Origin: an uncultured bacterium
Lineage (GTDB): Bacteria > UBP14 > UBA6098 > B30-G16
NCBI GenBank assembly: GCA_965552135.1
Contig: CBEVQY010000002.1
Span: 75,434-139,433 of the forward strand
Direction: 5' to 3'
DNA length: 64,000 nucleotides
In this document: positions 60,801 to 64,000 of the stretch, piece after piece
How the letters are laid out: the number at the start of each line of letters is the position of its first letter
How positions within the stretch are numbered: the stretch's first letter is position 1
Program-made: the position numbers and the translations under genes
Notes under the pieces: generated by a model
The model's input: only the letters and a program-made list of their open reading frames with translations
Database searches by the model: none
What the model was told of the DNA's origin: nothing

Positions 60801-63672
60801 GGTCACCTTCGGCAAAAACGTGGAACTTCGAGAGGACGCGCTTTGGATATTCCCCTTCGAGGTCGATGTGAGCCGGCTTATGCTCACCCACCTCGGCGCC
60901 GATGAGGGGCTTTTGGGGTGGTTTGCCCTGCCGCTCAGACAGTTTATCCGGGACGCCTTTGCCCAGACATTCCCGCAGTGGGAGCCCCTGACCCCCGCCA
61001 CCCGCTTTGCGCTGGCACACAGGATCATTATGGAATCGGGCTTTCTCTCCGAGCTTGGCGATCGCCGCAGCAGCGTTGGCGTTGCCGAGGCGTTTGTTGA
61101 GTTTGCCGCCGCGTGCGACGAAGCTGGTATACTCACCGACGCGCAGATAGGCTCAATCGCCCCGCGCGACGACGCAAGACTCTGCGACATGCTCGAGCTT
61201 TACCGCCGCTTTCGGCGCGAGCTTGGGAGAATGCGCCTCGCCACAGACGGCGACATGTGCACGATGCTCGCCGAGGCGATAGAGGACGGAGCCGAGCCAC
61301 GGCAGCTTGCGGGAAAGGATAGGGTCGTCTTCAGGAACTTCGTCGAGTTCAGCGTGCCGCAGCGCAGACTCGTGCTGGCTATGGGGGAGCGGTGGAGCGT
61401 CGAGATAAGTTTTCCACTCCCCTTGGGCGATTATCCCGAAAGCTGGCGCGCGCTTCCCGACGGGATGCTCGCGGACCTCGGCATCGGGGAAGATGCTTTA
61501 GAGACGTCTCCGCCACGGCGCCACTGGCTCTCGGAGGCTCTTCGGGGCAATCCCGAGCGTGCTTGCGAGGCTCTGGCAGCGGATGGAGGGCTGCCCGAAT
61601 GCGGCTTCTTCCGCCTGCCCGATCAGCAGCGTGAGGCGGAGTTTGTGGCGCGCATCGCGAAATACCTGGCGGCGGAGCACGGCATACCGCCGTGTCGGAT
61701 GGAAGTCGTCTGTCCGGACCCCGGGCTTTACGCCCCTGAGCTTGCCGCCGCGTTTGACGGCGCAGGACTGCCCCACGACTTCGACAAGTTCACCCGCACA
61801 CCGGCAAGCATTGCAAGCCTTTTCACCAGGCTTTTGCGCGTTTTGCGCTCGGGCTGGCGGCGCGCAGAACTGCTCGCAATGCTTTCGCACCCGCTCGCGC
61901 GGAAAAACATCGCCCAGGACGGCAAACGCATCGTCGAAAAAGCCGCGCGAAAACAGATAGTCACAAAGGACGACTGGATGGCTGACGACACGAAGGAGCT
62001 TGATGTGATCCGCAGGCTCATCCGCAGCCTCGAGGTGCTCGAGGGCAAATGCAGTGGTCGAGAGCTCCCGCGGGTCGTGGAAGAGGTCATAGGTGCGCTC
62101 GGCGTCGAGGATGCCATATCGTCGCTTGGTGACGATGAGCTTCGCGCTCATTTGAGTTTGGAGCTTGAGTCGCTGCGCGAGGCGTCGTTCGAGCTTGGGC
62201 GCGGCTACGGCGAAACTGAAGCCGACGCCACACTGTTTATCTCAGCCCTTCTGCACGTGGCTCGACCGAAAAGGGGAACAAAGGGCAGCGGCGTGCGACT
62301 TTTGGGCGTCGAGGAAGGACGCGGCGAAGGCGCAGACATCAGGTTCTTCGTCGGATTCGAAACGCACCGATTCCCAGAGCGACACAAGAAAAACCCCCTC
62401 CTGCGCCGCGAATACACGGATTTCCTCCCGTTCGTCTCCAGGATGCCTGAGATAGGCAGGCTTTCGCTTCTGCAGGGGATGCTTACGGCAAAGCGGTTCT
62501 TCCTCACCTTCCCGATGACCTCCCCCGAGGGCGACACCACAGCCGCCCTTCCGGTTGACGAGATGCTCCACTTTTGTCTTTCGCCCGAGGGCGGCGACTC
62601 CGTCGTCGACGTTGCTTCAAAGCGCGCTGCGGAAACAGCCGAATGGCTCGACGCGCTGACCCTGACCCAGCTCGACAAAAAGCTTGCGGAACCTAAGGCG
62701 CCGCCTGAGGTGAAAGCTTCGTTTGAGCCCGTCGTCGCAAAGCTTGGCGGCTCTATCTCCGTGTCGAAGCTCGAGGAGTACGGGAAATGCCACTACAGGC
62801 TTGCGCTTGAGGAGGTTGTCGGTGAGGTTGAGCCGCCCGCGGTCGAGGAGGGCGTTTCGTACGCAAGGCTTGGGGAGGCGCTCCACAGAGCGCTCTTCAG
62901 GTTCTTCAGGAAAAGGTTCGTCGAAACGTTCGGGATGGAGCCGCTAAAGCAGGCTGATCTCCTCTCGGGAGGGCTTGCTGACTTCGTTGAGCGCTTTGGG
63001 CTTTCACGCCTGGACGCAATGAGGCGCTTCGCGGAGCGCGTTGCCGTAACGCCCCAAAACATCGCCCTCGCAGCAAAGGAGCTGCACAGATTCATACACG
63101 AGGCGCTCGACGAGCTCGTCGACGCGGGCGAACCGTTCTCGCAAACCGACCTGCTCGAGTACAGGGATGGATACGACCTCGACTTTGTGAGGCGTCTGCT
63201 CGAAGCCGAGCTTGAGCTTGCGGGACGGGGGCTCAGGCTGCCCGTTGGGTTCGAGGTTGAGATAAAGCTCCCTTGCCCCGTCCTGGAGGCCGGACTATAC
63301 ATAACCGGCAAGGTCGACCGCATCGACCTGCTCGAGGGCGGAGCGATCTCCATAGTCGATTACAAAAGCGGTCGTCCGAGCAAAGTGCTGAAAAACTCGG
63401 GCACAATAGACCCGGAAAAGGAGTTTCAGCTGCAGGCTTACGCCTACCTTTTCAGCCGCGCCGGCGTGAACGTGCGCGAGATCGCGTATCTTTGGAACCT
63501 CGGGAGTTTCTCACCGTCCGGCGCAAGTGCACTCAGCCTGGGGAACGAGACGCTTGGTAGGATAGAGGAAAAGCTTTTGAAACTTTTGTCCGACCTTATG
63601 GCTTTCGACTTCACCCCATCGCCCGATGCCTGCTTTAGCTGCCCCTATCAGGCTTACTGTCCGCGGAGATAG
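60793..63672 (+). CDS. addB: AddB/RexB-like protein with C-terminal Fe-S PD-(D/E)XK nuclease
   Basis: Degenerate helicase N-terminal region; SVSKLE.Y..C; G..LH; GKVDRID...IVDYKSG; QL..Y; CFSCPYQAYC. Confidence 0.8.
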   Translation: MIKVTFGKNVELREDALWIFPFEVDVSRLMLTHLGADEGLLGWFALPLRQFIRDAFAQTFPQWEPLTPATRFALAHRIIMESGFLSELGDRRSSVGVAEAFVEFAAACDEAGILTDAQIGSIAPRDDARLCDMLELYRRFRRELGRMRLATDGDMCTMLAEAIEDGAEPRQLAGKDRVVFRNFVEFSVPQRRLVLAMGERWSVEISFPLPLGDYPESWRALPDGMLADLGIGEDALETSPPRRHWLSEALRGNPERACEALAADGGLPECGFFRLPDQQREAEFVARIAKYLAAEHGIPPCRMEVVCPDPGLYAPELAAAFDGAGLPHDFDKFTRTPASIASLFTRLLRVLRSGWRRAELLAMLSHPLARKNIAQDGKRIVEKAARKQIVTKDDWMADDTKELDVIRRLIRSLEVLEGKCSGRELPRVVEEVIGALGVEDAISSLGDDELRAHLSLELESLREASFELGRGYGETEADATLFISALLHVARPKRGTKGSGVRLLGVEEGRGEGADIRFFVGFETHRFPERHKKNPLLRREYTDFLPFVSRMPEIGRLSLLQGMLTAKRFFLTFPMTSPEGDTTAALPVDEMLHFCLSPEGGDSVVDVASKRAAETAEWLDALTLTQLDKKLAEPKAPPEVKASFEPVVAKLGGSISVSKLEEYGKCHYRLALEEVVGEVEPPAVEEGVSYARLGEALHRALFRFFRKRFVETFGMEPLKQADLLSGGLADFVERFGLSRLDAMRRFAERVAVTPQNIALAAKELHRFIHEALDELVDAGEPFSQTDLLEYRDGYDLDFVRRLLEAELELAGRGLRLPVGFEVEIKLPCPVLEAGLYITGKVDRIDLLEGGAISIVDYKSGRPSKVLKNSGTIDPEKEFQLQAYAYLFSRAGVNVREIAYLWNLGSFSPSGASALSLGNETLGRIEEKLLKLLSDLMAFDFTPSPDACFSCPYQAYCPRR

Positions 63673-63673
63673 T

Positions 63674-63702
63674 AAAAGGGCGCCTTTTGCAGGCGCCCTT
63701 TA
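63674..63702. terminator. Bidirectional intrinsic terminator between addB and 16S rRNA
   Basis: AAAGGGCGCCT-TTTGC-AGGCGCCCTTT 11-bp stem with T-runs on both strands. Confidence 0.85.
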
Positions 63703-63749
63703 AGGTTCTCTGACAACGGGACAGTGCTTCGGCGGGAATTTGACTCCAA

Positions 63750-64000
<251 letters not shown>

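Noticed and set aside
60793..63672. Cas4 or defence nuclease
   Set aside because: The four-Cys PD-(D/E)XK domain is at the end of a 959-aa AddB-like protein, and an AddA partner is in the window

Overview
A gene-dense, GC-rich (roughly 60% by eye) stretch of chromosome from a diderm bacterium (BamA, LptF, GmhA, OmpA-type proteins). It is probably anaerobic and possibly thermophilic. Several T9SS-type C-terminal sorting domains and Gln-starting mature secreted proteins suggest an FCB-related lineage; this is inference. Most of the window is shuffled housekeeping genes: gyrA, icd, leuC/leuD-type hydro-lyase, alr, fabG, addA and addB about 36 kb apart, ald, nadC, xseA, uppS, rlmN, tig, eno, tsaB, bamA, gmhA, trmI, tRNA-Val(GAC) and the 3' end of a 16S rRNA gene. 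I found no transposase, integrase, prophage, reverse transcriptase or CRISPR array. Main highlights: (1) A two-gene surface-display locus (42.7-52.2 kb). A 2174-aa acidic, Cys-rich repeat protein with a type-B T9SS sorting domain sits next to a PorV/PorP-like barrel fused to CARDB, FlgD-Ig-like and up to three OmpA-like domains. (2) The 16S gene has a compensatory U1404-A1497 pair in the decoding centre, which mismatches the 1392R and 1492R primers, and it is not followed by a 23S gene. (3) A ferredoxin-fused, archaeal-type geranylgeranyl reductase. (4) A leuC/leuD-icd arrangement that suggests a heterodimeric aconitase, interrupted by a decayed peptidase-S74 gene. (5) Unknown envelope proteins directly downstream of bamA. 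All calls come from motif recognition by eye; no database searches were run.
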